A stretch of DNA of 16,767 bases from a virus (taxonomy: Duplodnaviria > Heunggongvirae > Uroviricota > Caudoviricetes): the IMG/VR virus record IMGVR_UViG_2877263951_000002; one strand, given 5' to 3'. The notes under the pieces were generated by a model that was not told the DNA's origin, made no database searches, and saw only the letters and a list, made by a program, of their open reading frames with translations. Positions 16,080 to 16,767 of the stretch are shown piece after piece (within the stretch, counting starts at the first letter, position 1; the number at the start of each line of letters is the position of its first letter). The position numbers and the translations under genes are program-made.

Positions 16080-16767
16080 CAATACCTGCATCACGGCGAA
16101 GACGATCAGCCTCCAGAGACACCTTATCAGTGGCGGCCTTGCGGTAGGCTGTATCAGCAAATATTTTTCCTACCGTCGCAAGCGTGCCAACGATGGACTC
16201 AATACGAACTGTATTGCGCATCATTGCTTTCTCGGCGGCGCTGATATTTTCAATCAGCATCTTCCTTTCCTGGTCCCCATTAGCATCTTCCAGCGACACC
16301 AACCACCGACCAATATTCTCTGCAGCGACAAGGTTGTTAGCACGAAGGCGAAATAATTCGTCCTCGAGCGTCAACGCTTTAGCGTCCTCTATCACCTCAT
16401 CTTTGAGCAGAAGGCGACGGGCATAACCACCGTGTTTTAATGCCTGCTGGTTACCGGGTTGGAATGGGTTAGTCGGGGGATCGGTACGCATTCCGCGTAT
16501 CGGTTTCGTATCCGGTGTAGATTCTGTTTTTAGTTGCGTACTTTTTTGTGTAAGGCCAGTAATGGCAGGCTTTCTGCTGGTACGCACTTTCCTTTTTTGC
16601 GTACCATTTTTGCAAACCTGCGTACCGCCACTGCGTGCCCAATCAAGCTTTTTGGCCCTCTTCCTGATAGCCCCTTCTGTAACGCCGTATTTCTCGCCTA
16701 TATCACGGAGGCTAAGGACTCCGGCCCGGTATGCCGATTCGATGGCCTCCCAGTCCGGTTTTGCCAT
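16003..16767 (-). CDS. putative terminase small subunit (HTH DNA-binding N-terminus)
   Basis: ATG is the last three bases of the window (16765-16767), so the true start could lie further upstream; stop TAG 16003-16005; 254 aa; immediately upstream of and overlapping TerL; N-terminus (MAKPDWEAIESAYRAGVLSLRDIGEKYGVTEGAIRKRAKK) looks like an HTH. Assignment by position and weak recall. Confidence 0.5.
   Translation of the reverse strand: MAKPDWEAIESAYRAGVLSLRDIGEKYGVTEGAIRKRAKKLDWARSGGTQVCKNGTQKRKVRTSRKPAITGLTQKSTQLKTESTPDTKPIRGMRTDPPTNPFQPGNQQALKHGGYARRLLLKDEVIEDAKALTLEDELFRLRANNLVAAENIGRWLVSLEDANGDQERKMLIENISAAEKAMMRNTVRIESIVGTLATVGKIFADTAYRKAATDKVSLEADRLRRDAGIDDGNGERDLNDFYSDIQTDAESGFT

Noticed and set aside
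1-16767. Search for a novel defence or other undescribed system (toxin-antitoxin, restriction, abortive infection, CRISPR, retron-like genes).
   Set aside because: Every sizeable ORF is accounted for by backbone genes, Mu-type early genes, IS600/IS2 genes or phage head/packaging genes; no repeat-spacer arrays, no tRNA or rRNA-like sequences and no unexplained gene cassette were seen. The only function-unknown ORFs (7043-7241, 8369-8725) sit in canonical head-module positions.

Overview
This window is an E. coli-type chromosomal backbone (pagP, dcuC, 3' half of dpiA) running into a mosaic of decaying mobile DNA; I found no convincing novel defence or other undescribed system. From base 2918 a Mu/D108-type transposable-prophage left end (attL sites, repressor c, ner, transposase A) is inserted in dpiA. 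Its transposase is cut at codon 544 by an IS600-like IS3-family element. Beyond that IS lies a leftward-transcribed phage head/packaging module (TerS, TerL, portal, Mu F/SPP1 gp7-like protein, scaffold-like protein, small protein, major capsid protein, truncated small gene) carrying a second IS600 copy, an IS2 copy inside TerL, and a 1-bp frameshift in TerL. No CRISPR, tRNA or rRNA was seen. The most interesting content is the junction architecture and specific lesions (IS600 copy lacking a target duplication, nonsense codon in IS2 insD, reconstructable interrupted genes). All family and gene names come from recall of protein sequences, not from database searches; coordinates were checked by hand against the sequence. 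ORF coordinates include the stop codon.
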